Source of the DNA: Raphidiopsis brookii D9
GTDB taxonomy: Bacteria > Cyanobacteriota > Cyanobacteriia > Cyanobacteriales > Nostocaceae
DNA: 29,593 nt
Reading direction: 5' to 3'
Assembly (NCBI GenBank): GCA_000175855.1
Contig: ACYB01000017.1
Location: 1 to 29,593, forward strand
Shown here piece by piece: positions 5,687 through 16,684 of this stretch (positions are counted from its first letter, which is position 1; every line of letters begins with the position of its first letter). The notes beneath the pieces were generated by a model. The model made no database searches, was not told where the DNA came from, and saw only the letters and a list, made by a program, of their open reading frames with translations. Made by a program: the position numbers and the translations under genes.

Positions 5687-7988
5687 GTGACCCCAATTGA
5701 CAAAATTCCTGCCCACTTGTTAGCAAACTATGTTATACTCAGCCACAGTATGTCCTCGTATGTCTTGAATACTCTACCCAAATACCACCCTATGACCATT
5801 AACATCATACTCAGAGTATTAAACGGTAACTTCAATGAAGGATTCATTATAGATGTCATCACGGATGGAAAAACCGAACAACTCTCCATCATCCAAAACA
5901 GAAACATACCAAAGCTTTACAGTAAATGGCAATATATTTTACACCGCAACACAATACGTAAGATTTCTGACATAGAAGAACAAGAAACACACATAAGCAC
6001 AGAAAAGCTAAGAAATGCCAAAACAGAATTGGAAAAAGAGTATAAACAATGGCTCAATAACCAAAACATTGGTATGCTCATTAGCAACATGATAGAGTTG
6101 TCAACATCTTCCCCTAGCCAGTCCCCTCAAAACCCAAATTTAATTCGTATTCAACTTATCCTTTCAGATACCCTTAATCCTAATGCTCAACAAGATAACG
6201 ATATTCTCCGTAGACTGCCCTGGAATGCCTACTTGAGTAGTTATATTCGTTTTAACAATTATGATACAACCTTCCTCCTATCCAAAGATCATACCTCCAC
6301 ACCTTCCCATCCAAATTTATTTAGTTCAAACCCACCGAAAATCCTAGCCATATTTGGTGGACACCAGGGGGAATTGGCATGCAGTCAAGCTGATGAAGCC
6401 AATAGACTCAAAGAAATCTGTGAACCCAACGGTGCAACCGTCATCTTCAGAAACATCACAGATAGAAACGAATTTCATCAACTACTAATCAATGACAATT
6501 ATGACATCCTATTCTACTCCGGACACAGTACCAGTGACCAGGGAGGCACAATTCAATTTGAACAAGAAACCTCCATCATTCGGGATTTTAAAAATGACCT
6601 CATCCGTGCGGTAAAAAAAGGAATTAAAAATAGCTATTTTTAACTCCTGTGACGGACTGAAAATAGCAGACTTTCTTATAGAAGAAGTGGGGATGCCAGC
6701 CGTCATCGTCATGAAGGAACCAGTACCAGACGAATTTGCCCGGGAATTTTTAGAAAGGTTTTTAATCCATTTTGTAAAAGAATGCAATTTTCTCTCAGTA
6801 GCAGTAGAAAAAGCTGCAAAAGACATTCTTTATAAGGAAGATCAAGAATTTCCTGGGGCAACCTGGTTACCCATAACCTACTATTCAAATGCAAAATCAG
6901 AAGAATTTACCTGGAGTAAAAAAAATCAAATATACAAAAACCGTATAGATATTAAAATCCACAACTACTTATACCAAAGACAAGAAGAAAACTCTCTTTG
7001 TCCTTACCAGGGACTATTTCACTTCGGACCAGAAGAAGCAGAATATTTCTTCGGGCGACAAATATTTATCGAACAACTATATGAAGCCACACAAAACCGT
7101 AAATTTATCCCCATCCTTGGTGCATCTGGCAGTGGTAAATCTTCAGTAGTATTAGCGGGGTTAGTACCAAAATTAAAAAACCAAGGCAACTGGGAATTTA
7201 CCTACTTCAGACCAGGGAAAGAACCCTTCCCTGCCCTAGCCACAGCCCTAATACCCCTTCTGTATACCTCAGAATTAGACACTATAGAAAAAATGGCTCA
7301 AGGGCGTATCTTAGCCACACACCTCCAAACAGGAACCATCCCCTTATCCGACGTTTTCACTCAAATCCAACAAAAACACCCCACAGAAAAAGTATTAATC
7401 ATAGCCGACCAATTTGAAGAGATTTACACCATGTGTCCAGAGCCAGAAACTCGCCAGCAATTTCTGGATTGCCTGATAGCTAGTCTTTCAATACCCAACA
7501 GCCCGATAGTATTAGTAACAACCATGCGGGCCGACTTTCTCTCGGATGCGCTATCTTATAGACCCTTTGGCGACACATTGCAAAACGCAGACCTCAAAAT
7601 TCTAGCCATGAACCGGGAAGAATTGACAGAAGTAATTATAAAACCAGCGGAAAAACTAGGAGTATCATTTGAACAGGGACTAGCAGCCAGAATCCTAAAT
7701 GACCTAGAACAGCAACCGGGGAATTTACCCCTACTAGAATTTGCCCTGACACAACTGTGGAATCAACACCATGAGTGGCAATTAACCCACAATGCCTACG
7801 AAAAGATTGGCCAAGTACAAGGAGCATTAGCCCGCTACGCAGATGAAAAATATAGTAACCTAACAAAAACAGAACAAGAAACAGTAGAAGTATTGCATGA
7901 AGCCCTAATTCGAGATTGGGGAGAAAGGATTGAATACCACAGCCAAGCTTATTACAAAGAACCCAAGACCTCAACTCTCAGGAAATAG
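5687..7988 (+). pseudogene. CHAT protease domain - nSTAND-type P-loop NTPase (STAND) gene, frameshifted and 3'-truncated
   Basis: ORF 5687-6643 ends ..DILFYSGHSTSD..AVKKGIKNSYF*. The +1 frame then continues IAIFNSCDGLKIADFL..GMPAVIVMKEPVPDEFAREF, so the CHAT catalytic His (SGHS) and Cys (NSCDG) lie on either side of a 1-nt frameshift within 6615-6640 (A-runs). ORF 6687-7988 carries CPYQGLFHFGPEEAEYFFGRQ..ILGASGSGKSSVVLAGLVPKL (Walker A), IIADQFEE (Walker B) and HEALIRDW. It then stops inside the 43-bp repeat, with no WD40/TPR sensor repeats. Confidence 0.75.
7935..7987. repeat. Direct repeat copy 2 (partner 5633-5685)
   Basis: See copy 1. It replaces the expected 3' continuation of the STAND gene. 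Confidence 0.85.
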
Positions 7989-8204
7989 TTGATGCAAATG
8001 CGATAACTCCTTTGCAAGATGGAATTCGAGCAGGGATCGCTAAAATATCAATTTTAGTATGAGGTACACCAAGGTTTTTAAAAACTTGGAACTTCTGTAA
8101 TTCGCACTTCCCTGAATTTTCTCAAGGGAAATTCTGAGGGAGTTAAAGGTCGATTGCGCGTTGACTATTAACAGCTAATGATTGCATGATTGTTTACAAT
8201 GGGA

Positions 8205-10325
8205 TTATCTTTGTTGAATTTCCCTTATTCTATCTAGAGCATCACGATAATTATTTTCTTTACCTTGTTGTTGGTATATGTTAACTGCTTTTTGGAAGTC
8301 AGCAATGGCACCTTGATTATATCCTAACTCACTGCGTATAATGCCCCGGTTGTAGTATGCATTAGCATAGTTAGGGTCAAGTTTAATAGCCTGATTGTAA
8401 TCGTCAATGGCACCTTGCTTATCTCCTAACTCACTACGTAGAATGCCCCGATTGTAGTATGCATCAGTATAGTTAGGGTCAAGTCTAATAGCCTGATTGT
8501 AATCAGCAATGGCACCTCGTTTATCTCCTAACTCACTGTGTACAGTCCCTCGATTGTAGTAAGCTAGAGCATAGTTAGGATTAAGTTTAATAGCCTGATT
8601 GTAATCAGCAATAGCAACTTGGTTATCTCCTAACTCACTGCGTACAAGTCCCCGGTTGATATAGGCATTAGTATAGTTAGGATTAAGTTTAATGGCCTGA
8701 TTGTAATCAACAATGGCACCCTGCTTATCTCCTAACTCACTGCGTAGAATGCCCCGATTGTAGTATGCATCAGTATAGTTATGGTCAAGTCTAATAGCCT
8801 GATTGTAATCAGCAATGGCACCCCGCTTATCTCCTAACTCACTGTGTACAATCCCTCGATTGTAGTAGGCTAGAGCATAGTTAGGATTAAGTTTAATAGC
8901 CTGATTGTAATCAGCAATAGCAACTTGGTTATCTCCTAACTCACTGCGTACAAGTCCCCGGTTGATATAGGCATTAGTATAGTTAGGATTAAGTTTAATA
9001 GCCTGATTGTAATCAACAATGGCACCCTGCTTATCTCCTAACTCACTGCGTACAATGCCCCGGTTGTAGTATGCATCAGTATAGTTAGAGTCAAGTTTAA
9101 TAGCCTGATTATAATCAGCAATGGCACCCTGCCTATCTCCTAACTCACTGTGTACAATCCCCCGATTGTAGTAGGCTAGAGCATAGTTGGGGTCAAGTTT
9201 AATAGCCTGATTATAATCAGCAATGGCACCCTGCCTATCTCCTAACTCACTGCGTACAAGTCCCCGGTTGATATAGGCATCAGTATAGTCGGGGTCAAGT
9301 TTAATAGCTTGATTGTAATTAGCAATGGCACCCTGCTTATCTCCTCCGTTGTATTGTTCAGCTGCTTTGTCAAAATAAGCTATGGATTGACTTTTTATAG
9401 AGTCATCAATATTCTCATTACTAGTCCCGCTTTCTCCACTATTCATACTATCGGATGGAGAAGTTATAGATCTGGTATTGAAATAGGTTTGAGGTAAGAC
9501 TCCATATAAGATATCGATGGGAATACCAGCGTTAAATCCTGTTTTGACCTGAAACGATACTCCTGATTCTGTTTGTGGGTTAATCAGTTTTCTGATTGTG
9601 GATAGGTTCGGTCTGAGGTTATTTCTTGTTTCTGATTGATTTGTGTTGTTATTTTCTAGCGCATCTGCATCTGCTAGTCCATGAATACCTATAACATTGC
9701 CATTGCTATCAAATACTGGTCCACCACTATTACCAATCCGAGTTGTAGCATCGTATATTAACCCATATCCTTTTGGAGCTTTCTGTTGAGGAATAAAAGC
9801 GACTACTTTACCGTTAGTAATACTGAAGGTTCTATCTCTACCTGTGAATCCAAAAATTGTGGGAAATCCAGCAACGAAAATATCTGATTGGATTTTGACT
9901 TGACTGGAATTCCCCAAGGATGCAATTTTGTAGTTTTGTTGGGATTCAAATGTTACTATTGCCAGGTCTGGATCTTGAAGTTTTGTTTGTAGTATTTGAC
10001 GTTTTTTAATTGGGTATTCTCTACCGTCATAGGTTCTAATACTGTAGGTAAAATCTGTTCTACAGCGAATTGTTTCTACTCCTAGGTTTTCACACACAAC
10101 GTGGTTGGCGGTAAGTACGGTGTAAGTATTTCCTTCTTTTTTGATGATTACTCCTGATCCACCAGGATTCGCATTTGAGTTGATTTGTACTGTGGTTTTT
10201 TCTAGGATGTCTCGAATTCTATCTATTGTTTGCGCTGAAGTGGGGACGGATGTAAGTGTGAATATAAGTAAGCTAGTCCAGCCGATTGATATTTTGTTTA
10301 TAAATGTACTTTGTGTGATGTTCAT
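8205..10325 (-). CDS. Secreted trypsin-like (S1/Trypsin_2) serine protease fused to about 11 TPR repeats, 706 aa
   Basis: Signal peptide (..TSVPTSAQT). Catalytic triad contexts are TANHVV, DPDLAIV and GNSGGPVFD. The C-terminal half is 34-aa TPR units (GAIADYNQAIKLDPNYxxAYYNRGxVRSELGD). Confidence 0.85.
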   Translation of the reverse strand: MNITQSTFINKISIGWTSLLIFTLTSVPTSAQTIDRIRDILEKTTVQINSNANPGGSGVIIKKEGNTYTVLTANHVVCENLGVETIRCRTDFTYSIRTYDGREYPIKKRQILQTKLQDPDLAIVTFESQQNYKIASLGNSSQVKIQSDIFVAGFPTIFGFTGRDRTFSITNGKVVAFIPQQKAPKGYGLIYDATTRIGNSGGPVFDSNGNVIGIHGLADADALENNNTNQSETRNNLRPNLSTIRKLINPQTESGVSFQVKTGFNAGIPIDILYGVLPQTYFNTRSITSPSDSMNSGESGTSNENIDDSIKSQSIAYFDKAAEQYNGGDKQGAIANYNQAIKLDPDYTDAYINRGLVRSELGDRQGAIADYNQAIKLDPNYALAYYNRGIVHSELGDRQGAIADYNQAIKLDSNYTDAYYNRGIVRSELGDKQGAIVDYNQAIKLNPNYTNAYINRGLVRSELGDNQVAIADYNQAIKLNPNYALAYYNRGIVHSELGDKRGAIADYNQAIRLDHNYTDAYYNRGILRSELGDKQGAIVDYNQAIKLNPNYTNAYINRGLVRSELGDNQVAIADYNQAIKLNPNYALAYYNRGTVHSELGDKRGAIADYNQAIRLDPNYTDAYYNRGILRSELGDKQGAIDDYNQAIKLDPNYANAYYNRGIIRSELGYNQGAIADFQKAVNIYQQQGKENNYRDALDRIREIQQR
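8424..9341. repeat. 3 x 306-bp tandem super-repeat (3 TPR units each) inside the protease-TPR gene
   Basis: Blocks 8424-8729 and 8730-9035 encode 102-aa segments identical at 100/102 residues. Block 9036-9341 is more diverged. Confidence 0.9.
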
Positions 10326-10438
10326 ATATGGTTAATTGATGTTTGTTTGAGAATGGTTCATATTGTTTAGTATATGGTGTGGAGGTAATTTTTGGAAAGG
10401 GAGCTAATGGCGGAAAACCTCTCCAAATAATCCAACTA

Positions 10439-10873
10439 TTAAGTATCACCTATACCTGTATATTGATCACTACCAAATATTGCCTCCGGGTAACGGTAGT
10501 ATTTAAACTCCATGATGTTGTAAAAAGGGTCTTCCAAGAAAAAAGTTCGGTGTTCTAGGGGAGAACCAACAAAGCGATTTTTCGGTTCTTCTCTAAAATT
10601 CAACTCTTTATTTTTGGCAGATTCTAGGAGTTCTTGCCAATCCTCCTCTTGGGTAAACACTAAACCAAAATGCCTAGGATAAATGGCCTTTTGAGGTGTT
10701 AACGCTTCTTTTGTGATATGTGCTACTAGTTGATGACCGCAAAGATTCAGGATTAAAGCATGGGGGTTTTCTCGACCAGGTATACAGCCTAATCCGTCAA
10801 TATAAAAAGCTTTAGTTTGAACAATATCCCCAACAGGAAATGCTAAGTGAAATATAGTTTTCATGGTTACCAA
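10439..10873 (-). CDS. VOC (glyoxalase/bleomycin-resistance/dioxygenase) family protein, 144 aa
   Basis: The N-terminal FHLAFPVGDIVQTKAFYIDGLGC and later HFGLVF..EDPFYN resemble the VOC beta-alpha-beta-beta-beta modules. The start could instead be the ATG at 10864. Confidence 0.65.
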   Translation of the reverse strand: MVTMKTIFHLAFPVGDIVQTKAFYIDGLGCIPGRENPHALILNLCGHQLVAHITKEALTPQKAIYPRHFGLVFTQEEDWQELLESAKNKELNFREEPKNRFVGSPLEHRTFFLEDPFYNIMEFKYYRYPEAIFGSDQYTGIGDT

Positions 10874-10982
10874 TGTGTATTATTGCTTTCTAGCTAGAGA
10901 TGATGATTTCTTGGAAGATGAACCGGTGGGGTCATTATTGATCTATGATTATGTATGATCTATGAACCCACCATTCATCTTA

Positions 10983-11321
10983 CTAAGTGGGGACTTTAGC
11001 CTGACGGGCCATGTCCAGAAAACTACTCATGTTGGCACCGGGACGACGACGTGTTCGGGAAGTTAGGGTCAGCAGGTATTGGGGTGCAAAGGTAGTTTCC
11101 TTTGCTACTACTGGTTTTTCTACCGGTTTTGCCGCTGGTGCTGAAACTGATTCTACCTTGGGTGGTACAACCGATTCTACCTTGACCACTGGTGCTGTTG
11201 GTACTACTGTGGTTGGCTCATTTTCTTCTTTAAGCTCTAGGTAATATTCGTCCTTTTTACCAAATATTCCACTAATAAAGCTCAAAATCCCGGCAATTAA
11301 ATTTTTGATAAATCCAAACAT
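10983..11321 (-). CDS. Hypothetical protein: N-terminal hydrophobic helix, Pro/Val/Lys-rich linker, basic C-terminus
   Basis: ORF. I prefer the internal start MFGFIKNLIAGILSFISGIFG (ATG 11321) over ATG 11348. There are imperfect PKVESV repeats. No recognised family. Confidence 0.5.
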   Translation of the reverse strand: MFGFIKNLIAGILSFISGIFGKKDEYYLELKEENEPTTVVPTAPVVKVESVVPPKVESVSAPAAKPVEKPVVAKETTFAPQYLLTLTSRTRRRPGANMSSFLDMARQAKVPT

Positions 11322-11590
11322 GGCAAGCTCTCCTGTCTTCGATTCCAATACAAGTTTAATTCTTTAACAATAATTTTACATTCTAGTTACGTTTTTTGAC
11401 GTTCCCCTGATTTATCAGGGGATTCCTGCTTCCATTGTAATAAATCTTATTTGTTTCTAGAGCTTGAGTTTGAGACAATAGAAGCAAATTTGATCAACAA
11501 TCCTAGTACCTACTTACCACCCATAGTGATTGAGCTTGGATTATAGGTTCTTTGGTTTAGGTTCTTTAACTTGTTACAGGAGAAGACTGA

Positions 11591-13117
11591 ATGAAATTAG
11601 CTTACTGGATGTATGCAGGACCTGCCCACATTGGCACCCTAAGAGTAGCTAGTTCTTTTAAAAATGTTCATGCGATTATGCATGCTCCCTTAGGTGATGA
11701 TTATTTTAATGTTATGCGTTCTATGTTATCCAGAGAACGTGACTTTACACCGGTTACAGCCAGTATTGTGGACCGGAATGTTTTAGCTCGTGGATCTCAG
11801 GAGAAAGTAGTAGAAAATATCACTCGTAAAGATGCGGAAGAACACCCGGATTTAATAGTTTTGACTCCTACCTGCACTTCTAGTATTTTACAGGAGGATC
11901 TACAAAACTTTGTAGATCGTGCCCAAATGGATGCTAAAGGGGATGTGTTGTTAGCAGATGTTAATCATTATCGTGTAAATGAGCTACAAGCAGCAGATAG
12001 AACTTTACATCAAATTGTTAAATATTACATAGAAAAGGCTCGGAAAAAAGAGGAATTGCCAACTGGTAAAACTGAAAGACCGTCGGTGAATATTATTGGT
12101 ATTTCTACTTTGGGATTTCATAATAATCATGATTGCACCGAGTTGAAAAAATTAATGGCTGATTTGGGTATCGAGGTAAATGCGGTCATTCCTGAGGGAG
12201 CTTCAGTCCATGAGTTGAAGAATCTGCCCAAGGCTTGGTTTAACTTGGTTCCTTATCGGGAATTGGGTCTGTTAACTGCTAATTATTTGCAGGAAGAATT
12301 TGGCACTCCCTATGTGGATATTACTCCTATGGGTGTGGTGGAAACTGCTAGATGTATTCGTCAAATTCAACAAATAATTAATCAACAAGGTGCCAATGTT
12401 GATTATGCGGAATTCATCAATGAACAAACTCTGTATGTATCCCAAGCTGCTTGGTTTTCTCGCTCTATTGACTGCCAGAATTTAACCGGTAAAAAGGCGG
12501 TGGTTTTCGGTGATAGTACCCACGCAGCAGCAATGACCAAAATTCTGTCTAGGGAAATGGGTATTCATGTGGTCTGGTCGGGCACTTACTGTAAATACGA
12601 TGCTGATTGGTTTAAAGCACAGGTCAGTGAATATTGTGATGAGGTTCTGATTACAGATGATCACGGATCCGTCGGAGATGCGATCGCCCGGGTGGAACCT
12701 GCAGCAATTTTTGGGACTCAAATGGAACGTCATGTAGGTAAACGCTTAAACATTCCCTGTGGAGTTATTGCAGCTCCTATTCACGTGCAAAACTTCCCCA
12801 TAGGTTATAAACCATTCATGGGTTATGAAGGGACAAACCAACTAACTGATTTAATTTATAATTCTTTCACCCTGGGAATGGAAGATCACCTATTAGAAAT
12901 TTTCGGTGGACATGATACTAAGGAGGTAATTACTAAGGGAATTTCTGCAGAATCTGATTTAAATTGGACAAAAGATGGGTTGGCTGAATTGAATAAAATT
13001 CCCGGTTTTGTCCGAGGTAAGGTGAAACGAAATACGGAAAAATTTGCCCGTGAACGGGGATTTAAAGATATTTCAGCAGAAGTGTTATATGCTGCTAAAG
13101 AGGCTGTGGGAGCATAA
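11591..13117 (+). CDS. chlB: Light-independent protochlorophyllide reductase subunit B
   Basis: The 508-aa protein begins [46 protein letters not shown], the hallmark ChlB N-terminus. AGGAGA RBS. Confidence 0.96.
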   Translation: MKLAYWMYAGPAHIGTLRVASSFKNVHAIMHAPLGDDYFNVMRSMLSRERDFTPVTASIVDRNVLARGSQEKVVENITRKDAEEHPDLIVLTPTCTSSILQEDLQNFVDRAQMDAKGDVLLADVNHYRVNELQAADRTLHQIVKYYIEKARKKEELPTGKTERPSVNIIGISTLGFHNNHDCTELKKLMADLGIEVNAVIPEGASVHELKNLPKAWFNLVPYRELGLLTANYLQEEFGTPYVDITPMGVVETARCIRQIQQIINQQGANVDYAEFINEQTLYVSQAAWFSRSIDCQNLTGKKAVVFGDSTHAAAMTKILSREMGIHVVWSGTYCKYDADWFKAQVSEYCDEVLITDDHGSVGDAIARVEPAAIFGTQMERHVGKRLNIPCGVIAAPIHVQNFPIGYKPFMGYEGTNQLTDLIYNSFTLGMEDHLLEIFGGHDTKEVITKGISAESDLNWTKDGLAELNKIPGFVRGKVKRNTEKFARERGFKDISAEVLYAAKEAVGA

Positions 13118-13246
13118 CTCCCCTAAGTCCTTTTCATCACAATCCAGGCGATCGCATTATTTAGGAGTAAGCTCCACTGTAGCTAGACCTATAAAACAAA
13201 ATGCGATCCCTATTACTGGTTAGAAAATGCTTAAGACTACAATCAG

Positions 13247-13633
13247 CTATAGTAGTCCTTCCAACCTCCGACGAATGCTGTCTAATTCAGAACTAGACAT
13301 TGCTTGTTGTTCCCCATTTGTGTTTTTACTGGAATTACCCTCTTGCCAACTTGTTGTCTCCATATTCTTTGGTGGGGGAGTAATCAAAACACTGCTATCT
13401 GCTGGTACAAATTGCCATTCAAAGCCATGCTCTTGACAAAATTCCTGGATTTCTCGTTGATCTATGTTTTCAACTTTAGCCATGGGGAAATCCTGGGCTT
13501 CTAACATCAGAGCGAAACGAGTTGCATCGTCTTCTGACTCAAACATCATAATTGTATTACGATCCCCCACTAAAACTGAATGAATTCCTTCATTATCTGT
13601 GCCAGCATTAAAAATTAGTACAAAGACACTCAT
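13247..13633 (-). CDS. DUF3110 domain protein, 128 aa
   Basis: VFVLIFNAGTDNEGIHSV..GDRNTIMMFESEDDATRFALMLEAQDFP matches the conserved cyanobacterial/plastid DUF3110 pattern as I recall it. Confidence 0.7.
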   Translation of the reverse strand: MSVFVLIFNAGTDNEGIHSVLVGDRNTIMMFESEDDATRFALMLEAQDFPMAKVENIDQREIQEFCQEHGFEWQFVPADSSVLITPPPKNMETTSWQEGNSSKNTNGEQQAMSSSELDSIRRRLEGLL

Positions 13634-13759
13634 AGTTCATCCTGAAAATTTTCCCTTTATTTTATTTCTATTGATCCCAAATTCTATAGTTACCATCCTC
13701 TTCCCTAATATTCCAAAATCATTACAATATATTAAACCGTAGCATTGGGAGCATAATTT

Positions 13760-16660
13760 GTGGTAGCCAATCCCACGTATCGTCAAATTTCCACTGAAAC
13801 TACCCCTTCACTGGGAGAGTTTGTCCGTAGACACATTGGACCGAAAGCAGGTGATATCCAGGAGATGCTAAACTCTTTGGGTCTATCTAGCTTAGAGGAA
13901 TTAATTGAGCAAACAGTACCCAGCTCAATTCGCTTTTCCCAGGAGTTGAACCTACCAGCTGCGCAAAATGAACATACAGCACTGGCTAAACTCAAACAAA
14001 TAGCCAACAAAAATCAAATCTACCGCTCTTACATTGGTATGGGGTATTATGACTGTATTACTCCTCCGGTGATTCAAAGGAACATCTTAGAAAATCCCGG
14101 TTGGTATACAGCATACACTCCTTACCAACCAGAAATTGCCCAAGGACGTTTGGAAGCACTATTAAACTTCCAAACTATGATCATTGATTTAACTGGATTG
14201 GAAATTGCTAATGCTTCTCTATTAGATGAAGCAACAGCAGCAGCGGAAGCCATGAGCATGAGTTATGGTGTATGCAAAAACAAATCTTCTAACTATTTTG
14301 TTTCCAGCAGCTGTCATCCTCAAACTATCGATGTGATCCACACCCGAGCTAAACCTTTGGGAATTAAAATCATTATTGGAGATCATCAAACCTTTGATTT
14401 TGCTGAGCCAATTTTTGGTGCTATTCTCCAATATCCCGGAACAGATGGTAAAATTCACGATTATCGCCAGTTTATAGCCCAGTCCCATGCTCAGGGTGCA
14501 TTGGTGACCATAGCAGCAGATCCATTGAGTTTGACCTTATTAACACCACCAGGAGAACTGGGAGCGGATATTGCCGTGGGAAGTACCCAGAGATTCGGTA
14601 TTCCTTTGGGTTTTGGAGGACCTCATGCGGCTTATTTTGCTACCAAGGAGGAGTATAAACGGTTAGTTCCAGGGCGAATTGTAGGGGTGTCTAAAGATGT
14701 TCACGGTAAGCTGGCCTACCGTTTGGCTTTACAAACCCGTGAACAACATATTCGTCGAGACAAGGCTACTAGCAATATTTGTACAGCTCAGGTACTGTTA
14801 GCAGTAATGGCGAGTATGTACGCAGTTTATCATGGACCAAATGGACTGAGAAAGATCGCGAAAAATATTCATCAACTGACTAAGGATTTAGCTGCAGGAC
14901 TGGAAAAATTAGGTTATGAGGTCCTGAATAGGAACTTCTTTGATACCCTGCGTGTGGGGTTAGGAAATAGGAGTTTGGAAACCCTGCTGATAGCTGCAGA
15001 TGAGAGAAACATCAATTTGCGGATTTTTGATGATGGGGATATAGGAATTTCCCTGGATGAAACCACAAGCTTTACAGATGTGATAGATTTGTGGCAGATT
15101 TTCGCTTTTGCTAATGGAATAGGGGATGGTAATGATTTCCCCTTCAATTTTGAAGAGATTAGGGAAACTAATTCCTATCTGGGTCAAATTCGCACTAGTC
15201 CCTATCTTACCCACCCCATATTTAATAGTCACCATTCTGAAACTGAATTACTGCGGTATTTACATCAGTTGGAAACTAAGGATTTATCATTGACAACCTC
15301 TATGATTGCCCTAGGTTCCTGTACTATGAAGTTAAATGCTACTTCGGAAATGATTCCTGTTAGTTGGGCAGAATTTAGCAAAATTCACCCCTTTGCACCA
15401 ATTACCCAAACTAGAGGTTATCAAATTCTCTTTCAACAATTGGCAACATGGTTGGCAGAAATCACCGGTTTTGCAGCTATATCTTTACAACCTAATGCTG
15501 GTTCCCAAGGAGAATACGCGGGACTATTAGTTATTCGTGAATATCATCAAAGTAGACAAGAAGGACATCGCAATATCTGTCTAATTCCCCAATCTGCTCA
15601 TGGCACAAATCCCGCAAGTGCAGTTATGTGTGGTATGAAGGTGGTAGCTGTCACTTGTGATGAATGTGGTAATATCGATTTGGGAGATTTAAACACCAAG
15701 GTACAAAAATACAGTCGTGAACTCGCCGCTTTAATGATTACCTATCCATCAACCCATGGGGTGTTTGAAGAAACCATACAGGAAATTTGTGCCCTAGTTC
15801 ACCAACATGGTGGACAGGTCTATATGGATGGAGCTAATATGAATGCCCAGGTGGGTATTTGTCGTCCCGGTGATTTGGGTGCGGATGTTTGTCATTTGAA
15901 CCTACACAAAACCTTTTGTATTCCCCATGGTGGTGGTGGTCCAGGAATGGGACCCATTGGTGTTGCTCCCCATCTGGTGAAGTTTCTACCGGGTCATTCT
16001 GTGGTTAAATTAGATAGTGACCACGGTGCGGTTTCTGCTGCACCCTGGGGAAGTGCCAGTATCTTGGTTATTTCCTGGATGTATATAGCTATGATGGGTG
16101 CAGATGGCCTCACTCAAGCAACCAAAATCGCTATTTTGAATGCTAATTACATTGCTAAGCGATTGGAATCTTTTTACCCTATTTTATATAAGGGTAAACA
16201 TGGTTTTGTCGCCCATGAATGTATTTTAGACCTGCGAGGAGTAAAAAAATCAGCAAACATTGAGGTGGATGATATTGCTAAACGCCTCATGGACTATGGT
16301 TTTCACGCTCCCACAGTCTCTTGGCCTGTAGCAGGAACAATCATGGTTGAACCTACAGAAAGTGAGTCGAAAGCTGAATTGGACCGTTTTTGTGATGCAT
16401 TAGTTGCCATTCGTCAGGAAATTTTGCACCTGGAGTCTGGTACTATGGATCCAGGAGACAATCCCTTGAAAAACGCCCCCCACACCATACAAAGTTTGAT
16501 TGTTGGTGATTGGAACCACTCTTACTCCCGCGAGCAAGCTGCTTACCCTACAGATTGGACTCGTCAATTTAAGTTTTGGCCAAGCGTAGGTAGAATAGAT
16601 GCCGCTTTTGGCGATCGCAATTTTGTTTGTTCTTGTTTACCTTTAGACTCGTACATCTAA
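13760..16660 (+). CDS. gcvP: Glycine dehydrogenase (decarboxylating), glycine cleavage system P protein
   Basis: 966 aa. [29 protein letters not shown] and the PLP-lysine motif [18 protein letters not shown] are present. The GTG start at 13760 is uncertain. Confidence 0.95.
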   Translation: MVANPTYRQISTETTPSLGEFVRRHIGPKAGDIQEMLNSLGLSSLEELIEQTVPSSIRFSQELNLPAAQNEHTALAKLKQIANKNQIYRSYIGMGYYDCITPPVIQRNILENPGWYTAYTPYQPEIAQGRLEALLNFQTMIIDLTGLEIANASLLDEATAAAEAMSMSYGVCKNKSSNYFVSSSCHPQTIDVIHTRAKPLGIKIIIGDHQTFDFAEPIFGAILQYPGTDGKIHDYRQFIAQSHAQGALVTIAADPLSLTLLTPPGELGADIAVGSTQRFGIPLGFGGPHAAYFATKEEYKRLVPGRIVGVSKDVHGKLAYRLALQTREQHIRRDKATSNICTAQVLLAVMASMYAVYHGPNGLRKIAKNIHQLTKDLAAGLEKLGYEVLNRNFFDTLRVGLGNRSLETLLIAADERNINLRIFDDGDIGISLDETTSFTDVIDLWQIFAFANGIGDGNDFPFNFEEIRETNSYLGQIRTSPYLTHPIFNSHHSETELLRYLHQLETKDLSLTTSMIALGSCTMKLNATSEMIPVSWAEFSKIHPFAPITQTRGYQILFQQLATWLAEITGFAAISLQPNAGSQGEYAGLLVIREYHQSRQEGHRNICLIPQSAHGTNPASAVMCGMKVVAVTCDECGNIDLGDLNTKVQKYSRELAALMITYPSTHGVFEETIQEICALVHQHGGQVYMDGANMNAQVGICRPGDLGADVCHLNLHKTFCIPHGGGGPGMGPIGVAPHLVKFLPGHSVVKLDSDHGAVSAAPWGSASILVISWMYIAMMGADGLTQATKIAILNANYIAKRLESFYPILYKGKHGFVAHECILDLRGVKKSANIEVDDIAKRLMDYGFHAPTVSWPVAGTIMVEPTESESKAELDRFCDALVAIRQEILHLESGTMDPGDNPLKNAPHTIQSLIVGDWNHSYSREQAAYPTDWTRQFKFWPSVGRIDAAFGDRNFVCSCLPLDSYI

Positions 16661-16666
16661 AATAGA

Positions 16667-16684
16667 AGGAGGGCTATCCCTCCT
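16667..16684. terminator. Hairpin between convergent gcvP and the proA-like gene
   Basis: aggaggg-ctat-ccctcct gives a 7-bp stem. There is no clear U-tract on either strand. Confidence 0.35.

Noticed and set aside
7989-8204. An intergenic stretch with an imperfect inverted repeat (tccctgaattt..aaattctgaggga) that might be a gene remnant or sRNA.
   Set aside because: No frame gives a recognisable protein fragment, and the pairing is imperfect. It is likely debris from the rearrangement that truncated the STAND gene.
8424-9341. Regular about 102/306-bp periodic repeats that could superficially suggest a CRISPR or satellite array.
   Set aside because: They lie in-frame in a long ORF and encode canonical 34-aa TPR units. 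There is no spacer/repeat architecture.
10920-10978. An imperfect long hairpin (gatgaa-ccggtgggg ... cccacc-a-ttcatc) with an internal gatctatga direct repeat, between the VOC gene and the upstream hypothetical gene.
   Set aside because: The stem is interrupted and no U-tract follows on the minus strand. The evidence is insufficient for a terminator or ncRNA call.
11404-11421. A hairpin cccctga-ttta-tcagggg upstream of chlB.
   Set aside because: It is a short stem with no T-run on either strand and is not adjacent to a gene end. It cannot be assigned a function from sequence alone.
12680-12687. GCGATCGC palindromes (also at 13148-13155 and many other positions).
   Set aside because: This is the HIP1 highly iterated palindrome that occurs genome-wide in many cyanobacteria. 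It is useful as a taxonomic hint but is not a local functional signal.
13634-13759. A possible glycine riboswitch upstream of gcvP.
   Set aside because: The 126-nt AT-rich leader lacks the conserved GGAGAG...CACCG...GGGGCAA-type cores of glycine aptamers.
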